A DNA stretch of 58,711 nt, counting the filler, from Sphacelaria rigidula (taxonomy: Eukaryota): assembly GCA_964200075.2 (NCBI GenBank). It is 9 parts of 9 records of this genome, joined end to end, with 100 filler letters (N's around TTAATTAATTAA, not from the genome) between each part and the next. Parts side by side here need not be neighbours in the genome. Positions count along the whole stretch, not along the records: positions 6,536 to 12,970 come from CAXNAA020020083.1; positions 13,071 to 19,505 come from CAXNAA020020084.1; positions 19,606 to 26,040 come from CAXNAA020020085.1; 6 more parts are not named here. One strand, 5' to 3'. Under the pieces are notes generated by a model. That model saw only the letters and a program-made list of their open reading frames with translations. It was not told where the DNA came from and did no database searches. Position 1 is the stretch's first letter; each line of letters opens with the position of its first letter. A program made the position numbers and the translations under genes. Positions 11,171 through 24,025 of this stretch are shown piece after piece.

Positions 11171-13710
11171 ACGCGCCGGATCTTTCCACATCGCGTACTA
11201 TAAGAAACGACAACAAGAACAACGTGTAGATTGCTGCAACCCTTATTCCGCCACTCAAGCAAAAAAAGTCAGCACAACAGATTACCCCTGTACTGCTGTC
11301 GTAGTTTCTCGCTACGAATCATCACGTGGCAATGACAGGCAGACAGACACAAAAAATCGGAATAGAGGACAAAAAGCGAGCCTCGGCTGAGAAGCCTTCT
11401 CGGCCGTAACGGCCTCAGGGGCAAAACTCATGGAGATGGTATTTTCCAATCTCTTCGGTAGTGTACACTACGTATGCCTTGCGGATCCTGCTAGTTTTGC
11501 GAAGCCGTGGAGTACCAAAGCACTGATCTCGAGTTGTTGCCCCACGACCTGTAAACTCACGCCTCGAGACTATGAAGCACAAAGAGATCTACGGGCTGTT
11601 CGCTCGGACACCGATCTGCAAGTCGGAGAACACCGTCCTTGACCCCAGCAAAAGCTGCAGCCGCAGACATAAAACAATCACACCACGGTTTCGTTGGGCA
11701 GGTTATGGAGGTCAACAGCTCGTAGATGCCCGTATTCTTCCTGTTTTCGAAGCATGTTATTAGACCAATCTGGGGCCAGAGCATCAGGGACATTACCACT
11801 GCTCCCTAACGGCGATGTGTGACGAGCATGTCCTGGGTGATCTCGCACATTGTTCACGTAGGTGCGCGCAGTACAGTGACGCAAATTTGCGGTAGACTGA
11901 TAAAATATGCATCACAAGGGGAGTTGCGGATCTCGAAATCGGGACCAAACTCAAGAGGTGGTACATGCTTCAACTTTAAAATCCTCCCCGCACTCCTCGC
12001 CACCCCGTCCTGAACCTTGAATAAATATCAAACACGTTGATCGAAGACCACCAGGAAGCCGTATGAAGGCCCCTGCAAGGAGATGCATTCTAGAGGCAGG
12101 AGTGATCCGACATGCATAGATGACTCGTTACGTCACCTCATCTCTACTCAACTTAGTCTCCAGGTAACTCTAGATCTCAACCGCCCAGCCATTATTCTTC
12201 TTCGCTAAATCAGTCTAATTTCTCTGACTCGCGATCAATTTGTGAAGATCTCTCGAAAACATTGCACACCCTTCCTCGCGGTCCACGATATTCATCTAAA
12301 ATACCTGAAGTAGCTTGAGTTTTCGAGGTTTGAGTACGCCTGGCAGCTCAATCGCTTGGATTTCGAGTAACCCTCTCCGCCCCAAGTTCGGGCTTGAGTG
12401 AAAATGACTGAACGTAGTTGATTTATTTTTCAACTTTTGTGTCACCTCTTTTCAAAACTAATTCTTCATTTCGTCTCCACGCGCGTGCTGAGGGGGATGA
12501 AGGTGGGACTCCAAAATCCAAGTACTAAAGCTTCCAGACGTAGTCAGACCTCTAAACTCGAGTTGACTCAGTCAAGCTGTGAAAAGCTGTCGCGGAACTT
12601 TGAGTAAAGGTGCACACAGTTTGAGAGGTCAGCAGGAGTTGGCCGGAAGTCAGAGAAGTCAAATTCGCGGGGTGAATGCGAATGAGAGATCGTCTGAGTT
12701 ACGCAGTTACCTGGAAACCACTCACGACAGATTGGAAGGGGGTACGAGACAACCGGGCTAAGCTGAGTGAGTATCCATCTAATTTTGGCCACTCGTGCAG
12801 CCGATGCAGCTACAAGCAGAGGCATTCACGGTGTTTTCCAGCTGCATTTCGGTCAATACAGAGGGTTGTGACCCCAAAAAGGGGGGGAAGGGGGGGGGGG
12901 GGGGGTACTCAGGATCATGCGGGTCAACGTCGCCAGAACATGGACCTCGCATCCCCACAAAGCCGGGACGNNNNNNNNNNNNNNNNNNNNNNNNNNNNNN
13001 NNNNNNNNNNNNNNTTAATTAATTAANNNNNNNNNNNNNNNNNNNNNNNNNNNNNNNNNNNNNNNNNNNNACTAATCTCGCGGTCTAAGGGTTAACCCTG
13101 AGACAGCGAGAGTAGGTCATCTGTTGAATCGGCATCAATATCACTTGAAAAAAGTACGCATTATGCAGATAAGAATACCCTCGCGATCCAAGGGTTAAAT
13201 TCGTTTGAAGGCTGGCCCAGCTTGTACAAATCCCAATAATGTATGAATCGTATAGTAAAGATCGCCATTTTGGCATGTGCGGAGAGATTTCCTTTGATGA
13301 CGTGTAACCTAGTGAACGGCCGTTACAGGGGTAGTTCCCGGTAGCCCCGAAACTCTCATATCTGGACAGCCGGATCTGGGACCCCAAGACAACAGGTATC
13401 TTTCCAGCGAACTGCTAGCTATCTCTGGAGATCTTTCCTGGCTAACTTGCTCGCGCTCGTCGAGCTCTCCCGAACGATCTACTTGCCTAAACCCCACGAC
13501 TTGCGGTGAACCCTTGACTACATAACACGAGGAAAATCATCGGCCACCTTCGACGGGTCCTGCCGTCACCGGGAGCTTCATCATCTCCGCTTTGGCGACA
13601 CCAGTGCACATAATATTTCATTAGTTCAAATGGTGACACGAGTTGAATCACTATTTGTTTTGTCCGAACCGTGTAAGGGTTGAAGCTAAAGAGTTGGTAG
13701 ACTCGCTCAC

Positions 13711-14343
13711 CTTGCGAAGCCGATCCTTCTCCTCAGAGAACAGCTGATAATTTTGATACCACGCCTGCATCACGATCCGTCTAGGCAGCGTCCCGAACTC
13801 CTGCCTTGCGCCTATCTCTTGGACTTCAAGGATTGGTAGATTGCGCATCTCCGGGTTTAGCACATCGGGGCCAACACCCCGAATGCCAGGGAAGCACGCC
13901 ATCCCCTCTTTTGCCAAGAGCGTACCGAATTTTTTTTTATTTCCGCTGGCTGTGCGAAGGGACAACGCCCAACCCATGCGATCGGCAAGCGCCCTCGCCG
14001 CAGCGTACTCGAATAAATTATTCCCCAAACGACCCATGAAATGCAACTCTATGATACCCGGTCCTCTTCTCTCCTCCTGCTCTTCATTCCTGTCGCTGCC
14101 CCCCCTGCTGCTGCCGTCCCTATCCGCTTCGTGCCTGATATATGATGGTATTGACTCGGCAAGTTTGGAATCGTTCATGAGGAGTTGTTGTCGGACATCT
14201 CCGCCGCCTTCCCAACCCGAGTATGACTTGTCCCTCGCAGAAGACCAGCCTGAGTCGACGTCGCCGAGAAGAGCAAATAGTAGCGCAATGAAGACAAGCA
14301 GGGCGACCCCGAGATACACAAGCCATGCCGTACGCCTTCGCAT
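13711..14343 (-). CDS. GT11-like alpha-1,2-fucosyltransferase, first exon (type II membrane protein)
   Basis: ATG at 14343. N-terminal TM helix WLVYLGVALLVFIALLFALL, a stem region, then GRLGNNLFEYAAARALA (GT11 GxLGNQxFQYA-like) and AWYQNYQLF (GYFQ-like). Donor AAG|gtgagc after 211 codons. Later exons not found on this contig. Confidence 0.75.
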
Positions 14344-14859
14344 GGAGATCGGGCGTGCTGCTGTGTGAGAGTCTTGTGTAGCAAGGGCACAGTGGAGTTG
14401 ACACTAAAACACGACAGGACCGACAGGACAACTAGTTAAAACGGCCAGTTGCACTCGCTCGCTATCGTGTAGAAGGTGACTCGGTGACTGATGATGTTGA
14501 TATTTCTTGTCATTTATGTACGGTAATTTATCTGCCGTTATGGATTCTGCACTTGGGCGTTCTCAAGGTCCTCCCTGGGCAAGTACAGGTTTTCTGGACT
14601 GTGCGCATGAGCTGACTGAGACTATTCAACAAAGGAGGAAACTGTTCCGAAATGACGTCAAAATATTGGAAAACGATTAATTTACATGCGATACAATAAT
14701 AATAATAACTATAAAAAACGGAGCCGACCACTTCTCCTGCGTTCAATGTGCAGCGACAATAAACAACCCACGCCAGGAATGCTCACAGGTGCTGATCGCC
14801 ATAACAACTCCCGCGAAGACACAGCGAAGGTTTATACCAGTATCAAAGCGGTACCAGTC

Positions 14860-15233
14860 ATGCGTGCGGCTGTCACAACTGCAGGGATTTTGCTATCCCT
14901 TGCAAGACCCACAGATGCCTTTGCGCCCTTTTCGGTAGTCGGCAGAAGTACAGGATTGAGGAGGACGGCAAATGCAGGATGCGTCGCACGCACAGGCGCC
15001 GCCGAGGTAGGGGCTAGGAAGCGAAAAGCGTCTAATATGATGGCGGGCGATGCTGTTACCCTTGAGAAAGCTATAGACGGGGATCCCGTTGACGTCACGA
15101 AGTCCAGCCAGGCGATTTTGAACAACGATATGAATCCGTTCGTAACGATACCGCGCCGGGACGCCAGAGAGTGGTTCGATGGGTTGAGGGAACAGGCTCG
15201 GCCGCGGCCTGCGGGCATCGCGGAGCTGTCAAG
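14860..15233 (+). CDS. Putative plastid-targeted protein of unknown function, first exon
   Basis: MRAAVTTAGILLSLARPTDA-FAP: signal peptide plus ASAFAP-like cleavage motif, then an R/S/T/A-rich transit-like region. Candidate donor AG|gtgggc at 15234. Confidence 0.6.
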
Positions 15234-18200
15234 GTGGGCATCGATATTGAGTACCGCATGCAGCAGGCTGTTACTGTGTGTTTGGTTGGGGGAGCAGGAA
15301 AAATTGTGCTTTGAGTGTGCATCCTGTATGGCCTCTTCCGTAGGCGAGGGCTGTCATCGATGTTGCAGGCAAATCGAGGAGAGGACGTGGACTTACCCTA
15401 TTTAGTAGTACAAACAGTACCTATTGAGTAGTACAAACAGTACCTGACCGTTCCATCATGGCTGTGAGCGGCCCTGGTGACATGTGTGGGGCTATGATAA
15501 CCATGAGCTGGGCTGTACACGCAGCGTGGAGGAGATATTTGTCCGTCGCTCCGTGCTTTGTATTTCAAGATCGTCAAGTAATGCTGGCGTCTGTAGCTTT
15601 AGGCGTAGCCCTGTCGGTGCTGCATACAGCGGTGCCATGTACACGCTTGTTTCCCCGCGCATGCGGCTCATTTTTTTTCGTGGGTTCTTGATAGACCGGG
15701 CTCCCCTTGAAGTAAGTCGGGCTCCGGCTCCAGCCTGGTCTCGCTTCGCTGGTTCATGACGTATTTAGCCTTGTTCTGGGGTCTTGGGGTGCGTTTCCCG
15801 TCGTGATAAAATATTGTGCTTGTGTATTATGCACTCAGTTTGAGAGAAAAGCAGGGCGAAGATGTCTTGCCTTCAACCCCTATGGTGACACCCGCACTGA
15901 AATGCACCGCTCCCAAGCATCTTATTATCGGTATGAGCGGAAAGGGATCCATCACTCTACAGGCCCCCCATATTGCACTATGAGGGGTAACTACGGTATA
16001 TATAATAAGAGTACGAGAGTGAAATGATTCAGGGCCCGAACGACTGCCTCGTGGGGTAGCTGATCGATGAAATAAGCATGGCTTGCTTGTGCGCGAAACT
16101 TATGATCCGTGCATATCCCGTTGAACACCCCGGCCCCGTTCAAGGTAGAAGGCAAGCCTTTTGCGGGAGGGGGAGGGGGGGGGGCTCATGATCATGCATT
16201 CCGTAGTCATGAAACCATTGATCGTGCATCCCTACACAGCCGGGACGGAGTATGCCGGGTTTTCGCCGGACCAGGCTCGCAATCAATCATCAAGCAAGAA
16301 GCGCCGTGATATGTTCGGCCCGGAGCGTACTGATTATCTTGCATTTGGATGACATCCTACAATGAGTTGCTTCATTTTCTGGTATCGCCACTTCCAGAGA
16401 CAGCCACGAGTTCAACACTGCCTCATGGGTGCCTCGCCATTTGAAACACTACATAGTATGATCACGATTGCGCGGGATCGAGGTTCTCCCACCCCGCACA
16501 AAATGATGTTGCCCGATCACCATCGTGGTTACCGCAAACAAACGAAAAAACGCAAGCGCGCGAAAAATCGAGAACCTAGATGTCCAGCTTACGCCGTGAG
16601 TGGTGTATTATATCGCGCGGTTCGTTCAGGTTTAGTCCAGCGGTGTGTCGATTTTGTGTCTGAGGTTTTGGGAGAAAGTCCCCGCACCCGCGATAGCCAG
16701 CGAGGATGCGCACAACGAGGTGACGGGCAAAGAGCCGCAGTGATTAACTTGTTACCCTCTCCACCCGCCGCGGTGAGTGGCAAAGATGCGGCGAAGGTAT
16801 CTATCGCCCCGGTCGTACTCACGACCGAAGAGTACACGGAGGGCAGAAGAGGTGCACCGGTCAAGCTCACTCATGACGAAATCCCGCTGCACACCTTTTG
16901 GTGAAATATAATACACTCCTTCATGTCTTTTGCCAGGCGCCCATGTCTCATCATAGCATTCGCCTAGGCCTCCGAAAAAGCACGCTCTGAAAACTTACGG
17001 CACTTTTGGCAGACACAGTGTCGCGGCTGGTTTAGTGTCACATTTTCCACCACCCTCCAAGAAACAGTACACTTTGAAGTTAGCAGACTCGATAAAGTAT
17101 TAGACCACGAATGTGTTGACCTACACAGGCTGCTTCAGGGTGAACGACCGGAACGCATTCCCCAGCGATTGTTCACCCCTGAAACTGCCTCCTTGGACCC
17201 CGGATATCTGGCAAAATAAGAGAAGAAACGAAAGAGGAAAATTTCAGGGTCTTACTCGAAAAAATGACGCAAGTACAATATTCGCCCGTAGGTGCGCCGA
17301 AGTATACGAATGTATGAGGAATCCCCCAATTACTTGTTTCAGTATGCTATCGATGTGTCCCCTGTGCATTTTTTTTCTATTTGCAGCACCCATATCTATC
17401 AAACTGCCAATTTTGGGGATGATGAGAGCTTTTCTACGAAAATTGAAAGGGAAAACACCACGAGGCTTTCTGAGTCCTCGATACACATCATCAGTGGAAG
17501 TCTGACGATACCAAAACCCCTTACGACCGAAATACCACGTTGTGGGATAAATCTCGATCCCATACAAACCGTTTCTTATCTGTCCTCGTGATAGATTCCT
17601 GAGCTGATGGCGTTTACCCAGGTTTGATTCGTGATGAGAAGGGGTTCAGAGTGAGCCGTAAGTTCGCATTTTGAAGTTCAGAATTGTTTGAAGGCTCCTA
17701 ATCGGCCGAGAAACGTCTTCACTACCAGCTCCACGGCAAAGGACGCGAGAAAAATGTGGCCGTGTCACACTGTTCCCTTGCTGGTGGGGATCACTATGAT
17801 ACAAAATATATTGATATCGGGTCGGTTGTGCGTTCTGTATCTAGTGAGGAGTAAAGTTTGGGCACTCACCCTGAACCAGCCAGTAGCTGTAGACCATGTC
17901 TATGGTTACCTCATGCAAGAACTCTTGCTCGATTCTACACATCGCAGCGCATAAACTGACGATCGATGTTTCCCAACCGCTGGAACAGCAGACGCGATAG
18001 TTAGTTCGCATAGCACAATCCAAATCACGGTCGCACAAAATCACGCTGTACTGCGTACATAAGGTTGTCACTTCACACATAAGTAGAGCTAGCAGGTATC
18101 GTTCAGGGCTACGATTTCGCCTTCAACCAAAGTGAAGGGATTTTTGTAGGTGATGATTTCGTCGTCACCCTAGCTTTTCATCTTGCGGCAACGGTGGATC

Positions 18201-18257
18201 ACGCTGAAACTTGGTGCAGCTATGGGGGTAAATGGGGGGCCGATTTGGGCTACTATA

Positions 18258-18851
18258 CGAGCGGGGCCAGCAGTAAATCCCGCTTTCGCTTTCCACACCA
18301 CAACTTCTCAAGTTTTCCAAATCATCGCGACTTGAGCATATCGCTGTAAAGTGCAGACCGACCTGGTAGCACACGGCACCGCTGCTAAATGACGAAAAAA
18401 ATGTACTGGATAATGTTTAACCTTCACGAACGAAAAATAAAGAAAATCTGTCGGGGTTCGAACTCATGAACTCCATAATCGAGGTCTCCTGTATCACTTG
18501 AATTAAAGGAGCGCCGCCGTTTCACACGAAAAGTGCGATGTTGCGCCCAATTTGAGGTACTTTTGGCCGAAACTTCACCAAAATATCGTTGACGCGAGTG
18601 CACGTATGTGTTGGAGCGTTGTCGTCGTTTTTTTTTATCGATTTTCAAGGAAGTTGAAGCATTTTACCTGTTTTTGCTGATACTTCGGCTCGCTCTATCT
18701 TCCTGTTTTTTTTTTTCTCCTCTGCATCCTTGATAGGGTTGCGCGGGTTGATGATGAAAATATCGTGTCAAAATTTCAGCGCCTAGCTCTTCGAATCACC
18801 AATGGCATCTCCACTCTTCCTTAAAAAATCACTGTCAGCTGGCCCAGCTCG
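18258..18851. mobile_element. Tc1/mariner-type MITE (CGAGCTGGGCC family)
   Basis: TA|cgagcggggccagc ... gctggcccagctcg, 594 bp, collinear with 52874-53469. Confidence 0.8.
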
Positions 18852-18984
18852 CATTTCGGGAAAGTATGCCCGACCACTGTCTGCAGAAGAAGTGAATCGT
18901 AGTCGAGCCAGTCAGCTCAGTCACAAATACGCACGTCACCTCAAAATAACGACCCGGCTTATATGAAATTTACCACAAAAATAG

Positions 18985-19211
18985 CACATGTCGGACGAGT
19001 CATTAGTCGTCGAAACGAGTGCTCTCGTTACTGTTTTTTCAAAACACCACGAGTATGACTCCTGTGCCCGAGTTGTTTATTTTTGTCACGACGAGCAACG
19101 ACCCGAGTGCTCGACCTGTTTTTTTTTTTTCATCACGAGCAATGACTCTGGTACTCACCTTTTCGATTTTTGTCACCACGACCAATGACTCGAGTGCTCG
19201 TCCGACGTGTG
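18985..19211. mobile_element. MITE with CACATGTCGGACGAG TIRs
   Basis: 15-bp TIRs with one mismatch (18985-18999 and 19197-19211) and iterated acgag/ctcgagt motifs. The same terminus occurs at 37346. No TSD seen. Confidence 0.7.
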
Positions 19212-19605
19212 CATTCTTGCTGTGCTGTTGGCGGCTGCGGCTTTTCTGCTTGTACAGTGCTCCGCACTACCGCAGGCTCCCAGCATTCGCTAGTGCGGCT
19301 CTGCCCATGTGTTGAGAGGCACACTGTCAAGCGTCAGGTCGCTGGCTGTGCCGCATGAACGGGCCATTGCTGATGACTTCTTACAGATATCCTCTGTCCC
19401 ATAAGTCTGTATCGTTATGGACGTTTAATCGTGTGGGTATTTCAATGCTCACGATCATGCTACAGTTGGGCTCGTTAGAGAGATAACGTGCAGACGAAGC
19501 TGACTNNNNNNNNNNNNNNNNNNNNNNNNNNNNNNNNNNNNNNNNNNNNTTAATTAATTAANNNNNNNNNNNNNNNNNNNNNNNNNNNNNNNNNNNNNNN
19601 NNNNN

Positions 19606-19802
19606 TGAACATGACTCCAGAGGAGGAGATGGCAGAGCGTCGTGTCGCACTGGATCATGCAGTACAGGCGGCTGCGGACAAGGTTATGTCGGCGAGCGGC
19701 GTTGATAAGCTTCGGGAGGTTGCTGGGCGCCGTGTCAACGCTTTTCGGCGAGCACGGCGCGGTGATCCGCCTGCTCGTGTAGAGCCATTGATTGAAGGTG
19801 AG
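19606..19802 (+). repeat. Inverted copy of part of the adjacent gypsy pol (about 20610-20802)
   Basis: Near-identical reverse complement (MTPEEEMAERRVALDHAVQ...PARVE), fused at about 19802 to minus-strand pol sequence. Confidence 0.9.
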
Positions 19803-22035
19803 CTGCATGTGTTCCACCAGTAATACCCGCAGCGGCTCAACCATCTCCGCCAAACGCGGCAGGGACGTTCTCAGCCAGTGCACCTATTGCAGGAACTGCA
19901 TAAGCTCGCCTGCTATGTGGGGGCGCCTAAGATTGGCCAGCCCGGTCAGTCTCTCGCGGTCATGGGCCCCTTGACCACCTGAAAAGACCTTTCCGCACCA
20001 CGTGATCTGTGTATCGTAGAACATGCTCTTGTGCGCAGCCGCAAAAAGACCAGTATCCTCCGAACGGCCCAAAATCTCGTCCAGTGTACACAACAGATCA
20101 TCTTCATCTTTACCCCACCACAAGATACCATCCACCCATACTTTGCACTGAAGTCCGGTCAATAATGCTGTCATGATGCCTTGGAGGTACCCCGTCGCAT
20201 TCAACACACACCTCTTGCGGCACCCGTGTGGGGGTACACAGACCTTCGGGGAGTCGCGATTGTGAATATTTCTTGTGTATCAGCCGCCAACGGCATCTTC
20301 CAGTACCCCTGCAGCATATCAATCTTTCCAAAACACGCAGTGCCCAGCAGCTCGATCATCTCCACCTTGTGGTCAGGCATAACATTGGGAGTCTTCTCAA
20401 TTTGCTTGTTTACCGCGCGATAATCACTCACCAGTCGATAACCGCCCTTCTTCGGCGTCGCCATGGCCGCATTCGCCCACACTGCCTGTAAGCTGCGAAG
20501 TACGAGCCCAAGCGCCACCAGCATCGCCATACACCCTGCTAACCACATTGCCTTTACAGGAGAATACACCCGCGGGCTCGCCTTGACTGCCCTAGCCCCA
20601 GGTTTGAATCTCACCTTCAATAGCTCTACACGAGCAGGCGGATCACCGCGCCGTGCTCGCCGAAAAGCGTTGACACGGCGCCCAACAACCTCCCGAAGCT
20701 TATCAACGCCGCTCGCCGACATAACCTTGTCCGCAGCCGCCTGTACTGCATGATCCAGTGCGACACGACGCTCTGCCATCTCCTCCTCTGGAGTCATGTT
20801 CATCTCGGGATCATGCGACATCAATCGCTCAACGGAGGGGTCCACGGGCTCCTCTTGTCCATCTGGATCCTGTAACGCCTCAATCGCAATGCTCACACGC
20901 CTACATTCTCGGAATTCAGGCGTATCTACACCTCTCACCAACGCGTGTCTCGAGCGTGCGCATGCGTCCAGCCCACTGTACACGTCAATGCCCATGGCCT
21001 CCAGCGCACCGCCCCCGAGGATCACCACATCATCGGCACCTGGCATAACCGCATAGTGACACGGATCCAACACCACCGACCCCTACCTGGTGTGCAGAGC
21101 GGTGCGCACTTGGCACGTCTTCGACTGCATACTCCGTACATTACCATCAGCTGGTTTCACCGGGGGTGCACAAGCCATACTTGTGACAACTGACACATGA
21201 GGGAACACTGCTTGCAACTGGGCCGCCACTTTTTCAGACATGATAGTGATGCCAACCCCCGAATCCAAAACTGCAGTAAGAGGGCAAACGTTCTTGACTG
21301 CGGAACCTGGAACGGACAAGTCTGCCCGGCAGCATCGCTGCTTGCGGTCAACTATCACACCCTCAGCCAGTACATCTGCAGCCTCAGCGGTGTGCAGACC
21401 CCGCCATACCGGCATTGTCTGAGACGTCCACTCCTGAGCCGGTCCCGCCGCCAGTTGAGGTTGAGCTGCAGGAGCCGGAGCGGAAGGCTGGGGCGGCACC
21501 ATGCTATCCGCACTACCAGCACCCCCCTGGCGCTCCATCCCCTGGGTAAACAGCCCGTGTAGGAGCAGGACCTTTACCGCCCCCCTGCTGACCATGGACC
21601 TGTTGCTGCTGCTGCTGCTGCGGCGGCGGCGGCGGCGGCGACGACTTTGCTTCCCCACCTGACGCACTCGCTGCGGCCGCTGGTGTGCTCTGTTTGTTAC
21701 AGTCCTTCTTGTAGTGACCCTTATCGCCACACTCAAAACAACCTGCATAGCTCGGACGAGGTTTGTGGGGCTTTCTCGAGCTCTTACCGCCACTACCCGC
21801 TTCGGCGGCCGCAGCCGCTGCGCCGGCATGCGATGTCAGTTTTTTCGAGCCATGTGAGCCGCTTTTTTGCCCAAGTTGCGGTTGCTGGCGGCGGCGAGTG
21901 TCAACCTCCTGAACAGTTTTCCATCTTTCCGCAAAGTCATGAGCTACCTCATAAACCACTCTCGGGCACGTACGTTTTACAAACAGTCGGGTGCGACGTC
22001 AAAAACTCAATCCAGAAACGGCAACTTTCCTGAAT
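19803..22035 (-). mobile_element. Degenerate Ty3/gypsy LTR retrotransposon gag-pol fragment
   Basis: Order on the minus strand: CCHC knuckle CFECGDKGHYKKDC, aspartic protease AVLDSG, then RT motifs YRLVSDYRAVN, KIDMLQGYW, TPTRVPQ, LNAT..Q and VWVDGI. Several frameshifts split it into ORFs 21513-21959, 21083-21829, 20201-21076 and 19884-20207. Confidence 0.92.
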
Positions 22036-22055
22036 AAATGTTTATTGTGAACCTG

Positions 22056-22490
22056 TCTGGAATCAGGACAAGGTTATAGTGCTGCTTCAGAGGCTTCCTC
22101 CCTTTCACGGGCTCCAGAGACTTCAAGACTTCAAGCAGTTATACAAACGGCAGTCAGTCTTCGTCAACCAGAAGTAAGCTTCACGGGTTTTTCTCACGAA
22201 CACGATACGTTACGCATCCAATAGTTATTCTTCAAACAATTAATCCACGATCCGCCGCATATCTACATGTTGCATGTACACTGTAGGTGGACTACTTTAC
22301 AAGCCGCTGCTGCCGCTGCTGTTGAAAGGGCGAAGCCAATTTTCTCCGATGAGCTAGCGCTGAGAATCTAGGCTTGTCTCAACCAGAACAAGGTCACAGT
22401 GCTGATCCAGAGGCTTCCTCCCTGTCACTAGCTCCGAAATTTTCAAGACTCAAGCAGTTATACAAACAGTAGTCTTAGTTAACCAGAAGT
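22056..22490. repeat. Diverged ~120-bp direct repeat (about 22056-22175 and 22377-22490)
   Basis: Shared acaaggt.a.agtgctg..cagaggcttcctccct...caagcagttatacaaac...aaccagaagt. Confidence 0.7.
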
Positions 22491-22858
22491 GACAGATGTG
22501 TAAAGAATGTACAGTAGCACCTCTAGCATGAGGAGTACGGTAGCATATGGATATCAGTTGGAAGGTCGAAAATGAAATGCGTAGCATCTTGTGATTGTGA
22601 AGGGATCAAAGAATGAGAGAAAACCTCGGTAAAAAATTGGCCCAAAGAAAATGGGTGGGGTATAGCCTGGTGGCTATGTTCGGAGTGAGAAGTGACAACA
22701 CTAGAGGTCCTGATGGCAGTCGGTAGAGCGCTGGCAAGGGGAGTCGCCCTTCTCGGAGCTGACTGGTCAGTAGTCTAGTTGGTTGTCTCTTAAACCGTCA
22801 AAGCCTGCGAGTGGCCTGCGAAATACTGTTCCCAATTTTTACCGACCCGGTTTTTGAT

Positions 22859-23109
22859 AGGCCCATGCTATTTGTACATTCAGAGTTGGAACCTGAAATT
22901 TGGTACGGACAATGAATAGGGCATGGGAAAAAAAATTACCTCAGTACCGGAGAGTTTTTCGTTTTTTCCCATGAGTTAAGGGCAATAATCAGTTTTCAGG
23001 TCTCAGTATAATGCCTTCAACTCATGAAAAAAACAAAAAGGCTTTCGGTACCGAGGTAATTACCGAATTTCAGGGTCCAACTCTAAATGTATAAAAGAAT
23101 ATGGACCTG
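22859..23109. mobile_element. Foldback (palindromic) MITE-like element
   Basis: Outer ~47-bp arms (aggcccat...cagagttggaacctgaaatt) and inner arms (aattacctc.gtaccg...catgagtt) pair along almost the whole length. Confidence 0.75.
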
Positions 23110-23149
23110 CAAACTTCAACTCCGCATCAAGGCTGGCCCAGCTCGAACA

Positions 23150-23668
23150 GGGCAGCTGTTTCCATTATGCAGAGTGGGATATAGACACAGCACGTGTCTG
23201 TCAAAGCGGGTGGGCATAAGAGCGCGCTCGCCGACAGTACTACGGTAAGCATTGGTTAGATGCTGCTGATATTGCTGATAAAGAGGGCGCACGTGCCACG
23301 CAGCTCGAACAGAGTACAGGCAGCTCCGCTACCGCTGTTGCTGTTTAGCAGTGCACTGAGCAGGAGTTGGTGGCTGAAGCGGGAATATTTGATCCAGCCG
23401 CTGCTGCCGCTGCTGTTGGAGGCGCGAAGCTAATTTTCTCCGATGAGCTAGCTCTGAGAGGCAAAGGCCGTGGTTGCTTGTGGCCGCCGGACCAGCGCGT
23501 GATTGGGGACACACCTCACATGTTCACCGCTGCAAGGGGGTGTTATCTTCGTGATGAGAGTGAGCAGGGCAAGCTTGGGGCTTGCGATGCTCAGGGCGAG
23601 TCTATCTGCTGCAGTGATTCGGCGGGAGTTAATTCAGATGACTCGCAGGGGTGTCTGCTTGCAGGATT
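23150..23668 (+). repeat. Inverted diverged copy of about 24645-25160
   Basis: Both encode VAEAGI...WPPDQRVIGDTP...TAARGCYLRDESEQ..LGACDAQGESIC. A third short piece lies at about 22303-22365. Confidence 0.85.
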
Positions 23669-24025
23669 TAGACTTCTGTTCCTCAAGATCAGATTACTAT
23701 GTGGACTCCTCCCATCACGGGCACATGAACTTCAGCAGCTTTACTTATTCATGTATTACCCTCAGCATAGTACAGGAGAACATGGTCATAGCCTCTCGCC
23801 AGCAGAGTGGCAAAATCAAGCCTACTCGTCATGGAGGTCACCATCACAGAGTCGGGCACGCAACTCCACCTACAAATGTCCCTAGGTAACAATGGTGACT
23901 AGAGTCTACAGCATCCCCAAAGCTCTCTACTACCAACAAGTAGTTACATCAGAGCACTCAATCACCACAGCTCTTGCTCCTCAACATCATCACCCAACTC
24001 GGCGCTCACCACAACAGCAAACACC

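Noticed and set aside
11430..12830. Downstream exons of the GT11-like gene or of APC2
   Set aside because: This is a different contig across a spacer, and none of the expected motifs were found.
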